Positions 18,984 through 28,796 are shown, numbered from the stretch's first letter. The stretch is 64,000 nt of DNA from Minisyncoccia bacterium (GCA_049997855.1 JBEKSG010000001.1:58059-122058); one strand, 5' to 3'. Notes: generated by a model not told the origin, from the sequence alone. Numbers and translations are program-made.

Positions 18984-19150
18984 CTTTCGTCGAACATCAT
19001 ATGAAAAAGACGTAATTATCAAATAAATCGAAGGTGAGGATGACGGCGCCTCGGCGCATCGAATCCTCCCTTCTCATAAAGCCTTGTTTCTGGTATAAGA
19101 GACAGACCTCAAACACCCCAACGAGGCTTTAGAGAGGGAAACAATACATT

Positions 19151-22100
19151 ATGCATATACTGAAAAAGGATTGGACGTTGCCCACAGCCTCGCTAAGCGC
19201 TTTTTTGGTTCTTTCTCTTGTTGCCATTTCTTTCGGTATCTCGGCGCATGCTCAAACGGTGCCGACCGTTGCGCTTGCTCCCATCACGGGTCCTACGGTC
19301 ACCGTCGGAGATATTGCCACCTTTACCGCAAGCGCGACTGATTCAGATGCGAGCAGTACCATTGCCTACGGTCTCTCCGCCGCGCCTTCCGGCGCCATCA
19401 TCGACCCCACAGCCGGCACCTTCTTGTGGGATACCACCGGCGCTACGCCCGACACCTACACCTTTTCGGTAACGGCAACCGGCTCAACCGGCGGGTCCGA
19501 CAGCCAGAATGTCTCGATTGTCGTCAACGCTCCCGTCGTTCCGTCAGATGCAGACGCGTCTTCAACAGACCCCGATTTGCAAACACAGGTTGCCACCTCG
19601 ACCGACGGCACCGGCGGCACCGCCACCACGACCGGCGGGACAGTAACTACCGGCGACGCGGTTGCAACATCCAGCGTCGACAATGAGCTCAACTCCAACA
19701 CCACCGACCCCGACCAGCCGGGAAGAACAAACTCTTCAACCATTACGAGCGACAACACTAACGTCGGTGCGCTCGACAGTGTCGCAACCTCAACGGCGGA
19801 TACCGGCAGCAACACCGTGACCGGCGGCACTGCGGATAACACGATCGTCACCGGCGACGCCGTCTCAACCTCCAACGTCATCAACGAGGTCAATACCAAC
19901 ATCTTTAACTCCGACGGCCTCATCCTTTTTATCAACCAGCTCTTTGGCGGCGGTTTTGATATCAACGATTACGACCTTTCATACTTTTTTGCGGGCGGTC
20001 CCGGGATGTCAGAGACAACCAACCCGACCACCGGCAAGCCGCAATGCACTCTGCTCACGTGCCTCAATAGCAGCTCGCTCAACGTTCTTAATAGCAACAC
20101 GGCAACGGTAACCAACAGCGTTATCGTGCGCTCCTCAACCGGCGACAACACCGCTTCTTCCACCGGCGATGCCACCATAGACACCGGCAGCGCCTACGCC
20201 GCAGCCAACGTGGTCAACCTCGTCAACACCAACATCGTCAATTCGAGCTATCTCTTGCTCTCATTTAATAACTTTGGCGATTTGAGCGCCAATATCACGC
20301 TCCCCGGCAATGACTTTTTCCAACAGCTTTTTGCAAACGGCGAGGCGACCTCCTCGATGAACTCGAGCACCTATGCGGTAGACAACGTTAACAGCGTCGA
20401 CTTTACCGGCACCACGACGGCGGATGCGACAACGGGCGACAATATGGCATCGACAACCACCGCCGACGCGTCAACCACGCCAAGCGGCAGCGGGGTGGTT
20501 GCCACCGGCGACGCCTATTCATCGGCAAACACCTACAATCAGGCAAATACCAACGACGTCGGGGGCACCTCCGTCTTCATGCTCTTTCGCGTGGCGGGCA
20601 ATTGGACAGGGTCGGTCATCGGTTTGCCTGCCGGTATAACCGAGTCAACATTTCCCGACGGCAACGACCAACTCATTGAGTTTGTCTCGACCGGAGCTTC
20701 GACGACGCTTGCGACCGATTGGCTGCAAAAGTACAATTCCTCGCACTTTCTCGCGGCCGCGACAAGCACTGCCAATGTCGACAACGACGTTACGGTGTCT
20801 GCGGACACGGGCAGTAATCAGGCAACCACGGACACCGGCACCTCGTCGGTTACCACCGGCAACGCCTATGCGGCGGCGAGCGTGGTCAACCTCATAAACA
20901 CCAACATCGTCGGGCAAAATTGGATATTCTCCGTTTTTAACATCTTTGGCAATTTTAGTGGCGATATTGTCTTTGGCGGCAGCCTCAATCTTTCGCTGAG
21001 CGCGCTCACATCGACAAGCAATACATCTCCAAGCTCGGATGTGACCTATACCTTTACGGTGACAAACTCGGGCGATGCGGATGCAAGCAGCGTTCTTTTG
21101 AATGCAACCTTCGACAATACCTTGCTGTCGTTTGCTCCCACAGACATAGATGCCACATCGACTCCCGCGGGCGAGTCATGGAATCTTGGTCTTATTCCAC
21201 AAGGGCAGAGCCGGACCTTCAGCTTTACGGCGCATGTGGGCAGCAACTTCCCTGCCGGGCAATCGGCTACGGTCCCTCTGACAGCTGCGGTAGTAAACGA
21301 CAGCATCACGGCCCCCAGCACAAGCAACACTGCCGACGCGTCGATTGTCGTTTCGTCGCCTGCAAACCCTTCGACAAGCTCAGGATCTTCGAGCGGCGGT
21401 GGAGGGGGCGGTGGAGGCGGCGTCCTCAGCAGTTCAAATCCGCTCAGCTCATACTCGAATGATCCCAAGCTTTCGCTTACCAAAACGGTGTCTATCGCAA
21501 CGACCAGCGCAACAACCTCTGTCGATTACAAAGTGGTAGTTACCGACGACAAAAGCGCAGGACCTCTCTTCAACTCGTACCTTACCGACACGCTCACCGA
21601 CCCTACCGGCAAAGTGATGATGCAGCGCTCGTGGAATCTCGATACAATCAACCCGGGAGACGAAATAGACCTCACCTACTCGATAGTGTATGCCGCCACC
21701 TCGACTCCCGGCATCTACAACAACGTCGCGCAAGTCACCGGGTATAAAAACTACAGCGGGCTCGCGTACGGGACTCTAATATCGCCATTGGCGGCTACCG
21801 GCACGGTGTTGTTTACCCCGGAGGGCTACGTCGTCGCATCGAGCACGTCGGAGGGTATTGTCCTCGGTGCATCAACCTCTACCCCCTCTATTACCACTCC
21901 GACATCTTGCTCGCCTCTGCTCTCCACCTTCCTCGGTCGTGGTAGGGCAAACGATGCCGGTCAAGTAATGAAGCTCCAGCAGTTTCTTAACGATGAAGTG
22001 GAAGCCGCACTCCCAATCACCGGCGTCTTTGGCCCGCTCACCGAGGGGGCGGTAAAAGCGTTTCAAAGTAAGTATAAGGACCAGATACTCGCTCCGCTCG

Positions 22101-22378
22101 GCCTTACCGCTCCAACCGGCATAGTACTTTCCGCGACGCAGAGCCAAATAAACGCCTTGGTCTGCAATAATACCGGGTTGAGTTATCTCTTTACCACTGC
22201 TGAGCAAGTTACGAGCGTAGCGGCGCCAATGATAGCGCCGGTATATGTACCTAAGCCGCACATTGTAAAAACGCCAAGAGTGCCACAAACAGCTGCTGCT
22301 CCAACAACTGTTTCCGCCACTCCCGCCGCACCAAAGGCCGGACCCTTGGGATGGATCAAAAACCTATTTTCGTTCTAA
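19151..22378 (+). CDS. Large secreted surface protein: Ig domain, ~4.5 NSS/TGxN/TGDA/NTN repeats, DUF11-like domains, peptidoglycan-binding domain
   Basis: Signal peptide; repeats visible in translation; VTYTFTVTNSG; VMKLQQFLN..ITGVFGPLTEGAVKAFQ. Confidence 0.85.
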   Translation: MHILKKDWTLPTASLSAFLVLSLVAISFGISAHAQTVPTVALAPITGPTVTVGDIATFTASATDSDASSTIAYGLSAAPSGAIIDPTAGTFLWDTTGATPDTYTFSVTATGSTGGSDSQNVSIVVNAPVVPSDADASSTDPDLQTQVATSTDGTGGTATTTGGTVTTGDAVATSSVDNELNSNTTDPDQPGRTNSSTITSDNTNVGALDSVATSTADTGSNTVTGGTADNTIVTGDAVSTSNVINEVNTNIFNSDGLILFINQLFGGGFDINDYDLSYFFAGGPGMSETTNPTTGKPQCTLLTCLNSSSLNVLNSNTATVTNSVIVRSSTGDNTASSTGDATIDTGSAYAAANVVNLVNTNIVNSSYLLLSFNNFGDLSANITLPGNDFFQQLFANGEATSSMNSSTYAVDNVNSVDFTGTTTADATTGDNMASTTTADASTTPSGSGVVATGDAYSSANTYNQANTNDVGGTSVFMLFRVAGNWTGSVIGLPAGITESTFPDGNDQLIEFVSTGASTTLATDWLQKYNSSHFLAAATSTANVDNDVTVSADTGSNQATTDTGTSSVTTGNAYAAASVVNLINTNIVGQNWIFSVFNIFGNFSGDIVFGGSLNLSLSALTSTSNTSPSSDVTYTFTVTNSGDADASSVLLNATFDNTLLSFAPTDIDATSTPAGESWNLGLIPQGQSRTFSFTAHVGSNFPAGQSATVPLTAAVVNDSITAPSTSNTADASIVVSSPANPSTSSGSSSGGGGGGGGGVLSSSNPLSSYSNDPKLSLTKTVSIATTSATTSVDYKVVVTDDKSAGPLFNSYLTDTLTDPTGKVMMQRSWNLDTINPGDEIDLTYSIVYAATSTPGIYNNVAQVTGYKNYSGLAYGTLISPLAATGTVLFTPEGYVVASSTSEGIVLGASTSTPSITTPTSCSPLLSTFLGRGRANDAGQVMKLQQFLNDEVEAALPITGVFGPLTEGAVKAFQSKYKDQILAPLGLTAPTGIVLSATQSQINALVCNNTGLSYLFTTAEQVTSVAAPMIAPVYVPKPHIVKTPRVPQTAAAPTTVSATPAAPKAGPLGWIKNLFSF

Positions 22379-22423
22379 ATCGCAGTATAATGGGTTGATA
22401 CGGAGCGTACCCACCAACAACCT

Positions 22424-22939
22424 ATGAACTACCAGATAGCCATACTATGTATCGTGTTGGCAGCACTCCTGCCTGCCTCTGTGCATGCGCAAGTAATTTC
22501 TAACGTCAGCGCCTCTTCAGATACAGGAGGCAATACCGCAGAGAGCGGCACGGTTACCACAGGCGCATCAAGCGCCTCGGTGAAGGTAGAAAACATAAGC
22601 GGGGGAGGGGGAGGCACAGCAACCGTGCATATTGAGACCAGCGTAAATGGACAAACACACGAAGAAACCTACACTATGCCTGGCGGAAGCATCGGCGTCT
22701 CGGTCGTTGCAACCTCAAGCGGCTACGAGGCGCATGTGTGGGAGCCGGGGGCATCAACGCCTCAAAGCGGGAGCGTACACCGCGGAGCCTACGCATTAAC
22801 CTCTCTTTTGGAACACAACCAAGCGTCTACGAGCATCGCTTCCTCCATCGCAAGCTCTACAGCACAGGCGCATTTTATTGGGCGGATTTCAAGCTGGTTT
22901 GAGAGATTATTTAATATCTTCGGCTGGTTCGGCAAATAG
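22424..22939 (+). CDS. Small secreted protein with one TGGN/TGA repeat and an amphipathic tail
   Basis: Signal peptide; SNVSASSDTGGNTAESGTVTTGASSASVKVEN; ends SWFERLFNIFGWFGK. Confidence 0.75.
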   Translation: MNYQIAILCIVLAALLPASVHAQVISNVSASSDTGGNTAESGTVTTGASSASVKVENISGGGGGTATVHIETSVNGQTHEETYTMPGGSIGVSVVATSSGYEAHVWEPGASTPQSGSVHRGAYALTSLLEHNQASTSIASSIASSTAQAHFIGRISSWFERLFNIFGWFGK

Positions 22940-22986
22940 TCGCTGGAGTATATAGAACATTTGACCGTAGTGTATACTATATGCAT

Positions 22987-24366
22987 ATGAGTAACTTGGT
23001 AAAAGCCCTCGTGGCTTTGGGCGCGGCAATTTTATTGGTAGGCAGTTTTTCGTTCGCATATGCACAAGGTTTGGACATTGGACAGTTGCAATCTCGCAGT
23101 AGCATATCCGGCGCTATCAATGCTTTCGTCGATCAACTGAAAGCAAAAGGCGACCCCGTCCCCGCAGAGGACCGCGATGCATATATCAACGGCAATAGTT
23201 TGGCGCGGTCCGGTGCCGCGTTCCAACCATACATCAAGGTGTGCACCGATGCGGGAGTAGGGCAGGCAAGCTGCAACGCGCGCGTCATTACCGACTCTGC
23301 CGGCGTGCCGGTTACTAATGCACGGAATCCGTCACAGTCATCGGCACTCCCCGCGGGCTACGGACCGGCGCAGTTCCACGGCGCCTACAACTTGCCGCTG
23401 ACCGCGGCGGCGGGCACACCGATCATCGCCATCGTCGATGCGTATGATGACCCGAACATTGCAAGCGACCTCAACACCTACAGCACCATGTACGGCTTAC
23501 CTCAATGCACTACCGCAAACGGATGCTTTAAGAAAGTAAATCAAACCGGCGGCACTAAATATCCAAACTCCAACGCCGGCTGGGCGCTTGAGATTTCGCT
23601 TGATGTCGAAATTGCGCATGCCACATGCCAAAATTGCAACATTATGCTTGTCGAAGCCAACTCGGCCACCTATACCAACCTTATGGCCGCAGAGGACTAC
23701 GCAATAGCTCATGCATCCGTGGTCTCAAACTCCTGGGGTAGCGGCGAGTTCGGCGGAGCCTCAGGCGAAACGTCCTATGACTATCACTTTACCAATCCAA
23801 ACCACCCGGGTGTGGCTATTACCTTTAGCGCCGGAGACGGCGGCTATGGCGCGGAGTACCCGGCTTCCTCGCCGTATGTCACGGCGGTCGGCGGCACTTC
23901 ATTGTCTGTAAACTCGCTCGGCAACAATACGTATAGCTATAAGAGCGAGAGCGCATGGAGCGGGACAGGGAGCGGTTGCAGCTCCTACGAGCCGCAACCG
24001 TCTTGGCAAACTGCATTAGGTCTTTCGGGATGTTCTAAACGAATAGTTGCCGATGTTTCGGCAGATGCCGATCCTAATACCGGCGCGGCGGTGTACGACT
24101 CGGTGCGCTACGCAGGCATGAGCGGTTGGTTCCAAGTCGGAGGCACGAGCCTGGCGTCGCCCATCATTGCGGCAACGTATGCCCTTTCGGGCAACATTCC
24201 CGCCAATACGTCTGAAAATTCTATCCCGTATAAAAACGTGGGCGATTTGCGCGATGTGACATCGGGCAGCAACGGCTCTTGCGGCGGCTCATACCTCTGC
24301 ACGGCCATGCCTGGCTTTGACGGTCCTACCGGCGAGGGCACTCCCAACGGCACAGCGGCATTTTAG
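22987..24366 (+). CDS. Secreted S53 (sedolisin-like) serine peptidase
   Basis: EISLDVE (E-x3-D), SNSWG, SAGDGG, PASSPYVTAVGGT, GGTSLASP. Confidence 0.9.
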   Translation: MSNLVKALVALGAAILLVGSFSFAYAQGLDIGQLQSRSSISGAINAFVDQLKAKGDPVPAEDRDAYINGNSLARSGAAFQPYIKVCTDAGVGQASCNARVITDSAGVPVTNARNPSQSSALPAGYGPAQFHGAYNLPLTAAAGTPIIAIVDAYDDPNIASDLNTYSTMYGLPQCTTANGCFKKVNQTGGTKYPNSNAGWALEISLDVEIAHATCQNCNIMLVEANSATYTNLMAAEDYAIAHASVVSNSWGSGEFGGASGETSYDYHFTNPNHPGVAITFSAGDGGYGAEYPASSPYVTAVGGTSLSVNSLGNNTYSYKSESAWSGTGSGCSSYEPQPSWQTALGLSGCSKRIVADVSADADPNTGAAVYDSVRYAGMSGWFQVGGTSLASPIIAATYALSGNIPANTSENSIPYKNVGDLRDVTSGSNGSCGGSYLCTAMPGFDGPTGEGTPNGTAAF

Positions 24367-24371
24367 GATGT

Positions 24372-25130
24372 TTATTGCGCAAGCACTTCTTCGATAACTT
24401 TTGCCGTTTCTATTGGACCCGACACTTCTTGCGTGCGTATGCCGGTAGGAATTACTACGGCGTCGTTTCCGCCCTCTTTGAGCGCATCGCCTACATAAAG
24501 CATGCTTGAGATAGGAATGCCGCTCATTTTTGCAAGCTCTCCAAGCCCGTAGGCTTTGGTGATGCCTTTGCGCGTGATATCTATGGTCGTGAGGCCGCCT
24601 GTGGCGTTTGCAAATTCCGGCAGCTCCCGCACGAGCGCCTCATGAAGTTTTTGTCGCATGTCGTCATGGCTCTTATGCCACACCTCTTTTTCTTTGAGAG
24701 GCGCTTGTTGCCCCAGGGGAGAAAACGCGATTTCCGCATCGCGGTCTTCAACACGCTCGCCCCACACGCGCACCGGCGCGTGTGAGAGACCCACTTCGGC
24801 AAGCGCTTGTGCGAGAACGCTCATAATGTGCTCTTTCTCTTCGTGAGTGAAGGCTTTGTTATAAACCGTTTGCCAGGCGTTATGTTTGTACTGCCAGCAT
24901 TGCGCCGCGCTGTCAGGAAATATATACAGGTGTGCGAAGTTGATGTCTGTCGGGAGTGCAGGCAAAAATTGCCTTTCAAATTGGGGAAAACCGGCTCCCG
25001 ACATCACCGCAACCGGCATTTTTTGCAGGAGTTTTCCTAACAGCTCGCCCATTTCTTTCGTGACAGGCTGTTTACTCTCGGCGAGCGTGCCGTCGAGATC
25101 GAATGCTACGAGCTTTGGCGTAAAATCCAT
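24372..25130 (-). CDS. HAD-IIB hydrolase, phosphomannomutase-like
   Basis: FDLDGTLAESK, FSPLGQQAP, GGLTTIDIT, YVGDAL..GGND. Confidence 0.85.
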   Translation of the reverse strand: MDFTPKLVAFDLDGTLAESKQPVTKEMGELLGKLLQKMPVAVMSGAGFPQFERQFLPALPTDINFAHLYIFPDSAAQCWQYKHNAWQTVYNKAFTHEEKEHIMSVLAQALAEVGLSHAPVRVWGERVEDRDAEIAFSPLGQQAPLKEKEVWHKSHDDMRQKLHEALVRELPEFANATGGLTTIDITRKGITKAYGLGELAKMSGIPISSMLYVGDALKEGGNDAVVIPTGIRTQEVSGPIETAKVIEEVLAQ

Positions 25131-25177
25131 TTTTTCATTATACCATTGCTAAAAATCATTCTTTTGGTAAATTCTCC

Positions 25178-25191
25178 ATATTACGTAATAT
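25178..25191. promoter_or_regulatory. Perfect 14-bp palindrome ATATTACGTAATAT (copy 1)
   Basis: Read directly; 20 nt upstream of the TrpR-like start. Confidence 0.7.
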
Positions 25192-25210
25192 CAATAATTA
25201 ACTCATCGGT

Positions 25211-25642
25211 ATGAAAGTACGAACAAAAGAGTTGGAAGAAAGTGTAAGAATCAAAGTTCTCGATGCCTTGTATACAGCAACTTCGGCAATACAGGGCCGC
25301 GCGGCCCTGAAGCTTTTCCTGCGCGATTTGTTGACCGAAAGCGAGAGAATTATGCTCGGGAGGAGAATACTCATTGCACAACAATTGCTCCAAGGCGAGC
25401 GACCTACGGCTATCGCTTCAAACCTCAAGGTGGGCTATGACAACATCTATCGTGTACAACGCTGGCTCAGCGATCAACTTCCTGGTTATGAGCAAGCGAT
25501 TAAGGAAATGGAAAAAGAACTGAAAAAGAGGCGAGACCATTATGAAGATAGGCGACTGTATGCGACTAATATGTTATATCGACTTAAGAAAAAATATCCC
25601 GGTCATTTTTTACTTTTTCCGACTCCAACTATAAAACAATAG
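25211..25642 (+). CDS. TrpR-like (YerC/YecD family) DNA-binding protein
   Basis: FLRDLLTESERIMLGRRILIAQQLLQG..IASNLKVG..IYRVQRWL. Confidence 0.85.
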   Translation: MKVRTKELEESVRIKVLDALYTATSAIQGRAALKLFLRDLLTESERIMLGRRILIAQQLLQGERPTAIASNLKVGYDNIYRVQRWLSDQLPGYEQAIKEMEKELKKRRDHYEDRRLYATNMLYRLKKKYPGHFLLFPTPTIKQ

Positions 25643-25652
25643 AAATATTATG

Positions 25653-25673
25653 ATATTACGTAATATAGTAATA
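25653..25673. promoter_or_regulatory. Palindrome ATATTACGTAATAT (copy 2) plus extension
   Basis: Read directly; just downstream of the TrpR-like stop. Confidence 0.65.
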
Positions 25674-25733
25674 TTCTTGGCAGAATAAACAAAAAGCGGA
25701 TATATCGCAAGCAGACCTATAAGGATCCTTATT

Positions 25734-27650
25734 TTACAGATTGTTGGGCAGTAATATTTTTAACAGTTTCTTGAGCGATATTTTGGCGACGCACACCACG
25801 GTGTCGGCGCCGCCGTAATACACCAGGAGCGTGTCTTTGCGCAACACTGCTCCGCACGAAAACACCGCTTTAGGCATCACGCCAATACGTTCGTACTCCT
25901 CGATAGGTTCAAGGATAGTATCCACGAGGCGTGAGACAACCACGGAGGGATTTTTTAAATCGAGCAGCACCGCCCCCAAGCGATAGGTCGACGTTTTAGA
26001 GACGCCGTGATAAATGAGCAGCCAACCCTTCCGAGTTTTAATGGGCGCGCCCGCAATGCCGATTTTTACCGAGTCCCACATGCCGGGCCGCGGATTCATG
26101 ATCTCGATACAGCGCGTAAGGCGCGTCTTGGTAAAGTCGAGCGTATTAAGAAAGTCGGCGCACAACTGCGGATCGATACGATGCAGCAGCATGTACTGAC
26201 CTTTTATCTTTTCGGGAAAGAGACAGGTGTCTTTATCATTGACGTTGTCGGGCGTGGTGAGCATGGGCTTTTGCCACTTGTCCCAGCGTTTGGCCAAAAA
26301 ATCCTTGACCGATATGGAGGTAATGGCAACACGCGTCGGATCAACGCCGTTATAGGCGGTATACATCATATATATGACGTTGCCAATCCTTGTGATGCGC
26401 GGGTCCTCACAGCCGGAGTTGCCGCCGCCTTTCTTCATTTCGAAATCTTCACGTGGCTTGTAGGCGGGCCCCTCGTCGCGCTCGGTGATTTTGATGCCAT
26501 TTTTGGTTTCCGCGTAGCCAAGGACCGACGTGTTGTCGTCGCCCATGGCGCGATACAAGAGATGGATAGTGCCGTCTATATCAAGCGCGGCAGTATTGAA
26601 CACGGCCTTCTTTTCCCACGCGTGGGCTTGGTTTGGCTTTATGATGGGGTTTTCTTTGGCACGCACCGCAAGCTCCACGCGGCGCTCGGGCATCATCGCG
26701 CTCAAAAGGTCGGGCAAGTTGAGCGAGGCGCGTGCGCACACGGTATCGGCGCCGCCATAATAGAGGTCAACTCGGCCGTTTTTTTGCAACAATGCGCCGG
26801 AGGGGAAGACGATATTTGGCACGATGCCGTATTTTTCGTAAATTTCTTCCGGCACCATAATTGGTCCGCGGGTAGCGCCGACGATTTTTGTGGGATCTTT
26901 GAGGTCGAGAAGGAGCGCCTCGATGCCAAACACGCGCTCGCCGCCGCCGAAATAGTTTTGTATGTAGGAATAAAACAACAACCAGCCGTCTTTGGTTTTA
27001 ATAGGTACCGAACCTACCTCCGCGTGGTCGTGATCAAAACGCAAGGGATTGATGATGTGCGATTCAAGCTCCGCATGCCACTCTTCCCAAAAGCCCAAAT
27101 CCCAGAGCTCTTCTATCTTGTCGCACTCCGCTATGGCGATATGTGCCGGCGGCTCGTCGGTGTGCACGGTAACAATGACCGTTATCTTGCCGCCGATGCG
27201 CTCGGGGAAGAGCGCCATGGCTTTGGCGTTAAAGGGAGTAATGAGGTGTCTCTCTTCAATCGATTCAAGATTTTTGGAAATAGCGCAGGCAACTTTGATA
27301 TTGCCCGGACCAAACGGCATGCCGCCGAGCGCCGTATAAAAAATGTAGTATTTGCCTTCAAAAAAAGTTATGCGCGGATCCTCGCATCCGTATGTTTCCC
27401 ACTCTTCGGTAGGCACGATAAATTGCTGGCGGTTTTGAAAGTGCTTGCCGTCTATCGTAAACGCTTTACCGATAGTCGAGATGCCGCCGGGGGCAAGCAG
27501 GGCGTCGGGGCGGCTTTGTGCTCGGTACAAGATATGCGTAAATTTGCCCACCTGCACCGGGCTTGGGTTAAACGCGCCGCGGGACTCCCATTGCCGGTCG
27601 TTGGCAGGAGCGATAAGTGGGTTATGCGAGCTTCTGCGGATAACGTACAT
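25734..27650 (-). CDS. Tandem two-domain GH130-family glycosidase/phosphorylase
   Basis: Two FN[P/T]...GCEDPRIT...[I/A]VF...YYGGADT units. Confidence 0.9.
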   Translation of the reverse strand: MYVIRRSSHNPLIAPANDRQWESRGAFNPSPVQVGKFTHILYRAQSRPDALLAPGGISTIGKAFTIDGKHFQNRQQFIVPTEEWETYGCEDPRITFFEGKYYIFYTALGGMPFGPGNIKVACAISKNLESIEERHLITPFNAKAMALFPERIGGKITVIVTVHTDEPPAHIAIAECDKIEELWDLGFWEEWHAELESHIINPLRFDHDHAEVGSVPIKTKDGWLLFYSYIQNYFGGGERVFGIEALLLDLKDPTKIVGATRGPIMVPEEIYEKYGIVPNIVFPSGALLQKNGRVDLYYGGADTVCARASLNLPDLLSAMMPERRVELAVRAKENPIIKPNQAHAWEKKAVFNTAALDIDGTIHLLYRAMGDDNTSVLGYAETKNGIKITERDEGPAYKPREDFEMKKGGGNSGCEDPRITRIGNVIYMMYTAYNGVDPTRVAITSISVKDFLAKRWDKWQKPMLTTPDNVNDKDTCLFPEKIKGQYMLLHRIDPQLCADFLNTLDFTKTRLTRCIEIMNPRPGMWDSVKIGIAGAPIKTRKGWLLIYHGVSKTSTYRLGAVLLDLKNPSVVVSRLVDTILEPIEEYERIGVMPKAVFSCGAVLRKDTLLVYYGGADTVVCVAKISLKKLLKILLPNNL

Positions 27651-27665
27651 ACTATATGCGGTATT

Positions 27666-28781
27666 TCATACCTTGTTTTCGGGACGGGTCAGCGTTGCCA
27701 AAAATTCATCGAGATTTATTTTTGCCGCGGCAATGCGCTTGTCGCCGCCGCCGTAGTACACAAGCAGGTCGTCGCCAAACACCACGCCGCCCGAGGCGTA
27801 AATGATGCCGGGCTTCCAGTCGTTTTCGTACCAGGCATCGGGCGAGAGTATCGGCTTGTGCGAGCGATAGAGCACTTTGGTCGGATCGTTGAGATCAAGC
27901 AAAAGCGCGCCTACCTTGTAACGCTCTCGGTCGTCTTTATCCATGGCGTGGTAGAGCAGTATCCACCCTTTTTTTGTCTTGATAGGCGGCGAAGCGGCGC
28001 TCCTCGTGCGATTGTGCCAGCCCACAACCCGGTCGGGCACCTGTTGCGGGTCGGGGCTCTCGTGCTGGAAGGGCGCCTCATCCGTCGAAAGCTTATCCAT
28101 GTAGGCAACCTTCACTTTGTTGGCATCTTCATCATAAAGATTATGAAGAAGCGCAAATTTGCCGTTTATTTTTTCGGGGAAAAGCACCCAGTTTTTGTGG
28201 CGCTCGCCCGGGCGCGAAAGATAATTAAATTTGTTCCACAACCACTGCGCGCGCGTGAGATTTTGTGCGTCAATGCTGGTGAGTGCAACACGCATAGAGC
28301 TCCAGCCGTTAAACATATTAAAAGTAAGATACACGCGACCGTCTATTTTTACCGCGCGCGGATCCTCACAGCCGCCCCAACCGCCGCCCGAAGGATTGTG
28401 TATTGTGTCGTACGTAAGCCGTGCCGGCGAGGTGTAGAGATGATGCTCCTTGGCTTCTGTAACGTTCTCGGCGGCATACACAGGGAAGGGGAGCCGCTCA
28501 TCAAAGTGGACGCCGTCGGTGCTTGAAGCGTAGCCAATGCGGGATATGCCATCGCGCCCGAGCGCGCGATAAAAAAGATGCACGCGGCCATCCTCAACCA
28601 CGGCGGCCGGATTAAACACCGCCTCCGACTCCCACCAGTTGAGAGCAATAGGCTCAAGCACGGGATTCTCCGCAATGCGATGCAACTGCGGAGCTATGCC
28701 GCGTTTTTTGCCTGACGGCCACAAAAGAATGATTAGGAGTGCGAGTACAAGAACGAGTACGATCAAAATGAAGATGATCAT
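27666..28781 (-). CDS. GH130-family glycosidase with N-terminal membrane anchor
   Basis: AVFNPAA, GCEDPRA, HKNWVLFPEKING, YYGGGD. Confidence 0.9.
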   Translation of the reverse strand: MIIFILIVLVLVLALLIILLWPSGKKRGIAPQLHRIAENPVLEPIALNWWESEAVFNPAAVVEDGRVHLFYRALGRDGISRIGYASSTDGVHFDERLPFPVYAAENVTEAKEHHLYTSPARLTYDTIHNPSGGGWGGCEDPRAVKIDGRVYLTFNMFNGWSSMRVALTSIDAQNLTRAQWLWNKFNYLSRPGERHKNWVLFPEKINGKFALLHNLYDEDANKVKVAYMDKLSTDEAPFQHESPDPQQVPDRVVGWHNRTRSAASPPIKTKKGWILLYHAMDKDDRERYKVGALLLDLNDPTKVLYRSHKPILSPDAWYENDWKPGIIYASGGVVFGDDLLVYYGGGDKRIAAAKINLDEFLATLTRPENKV

Positions 28782-28796
28782 AATATATGAAATTCC

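Noticed and set aside
26007-28526. 839-aa plus-strand ORF
   Set aside because: Antisense shadow of two GH130 genes with clear motifs; it has no recognisable features of its own.
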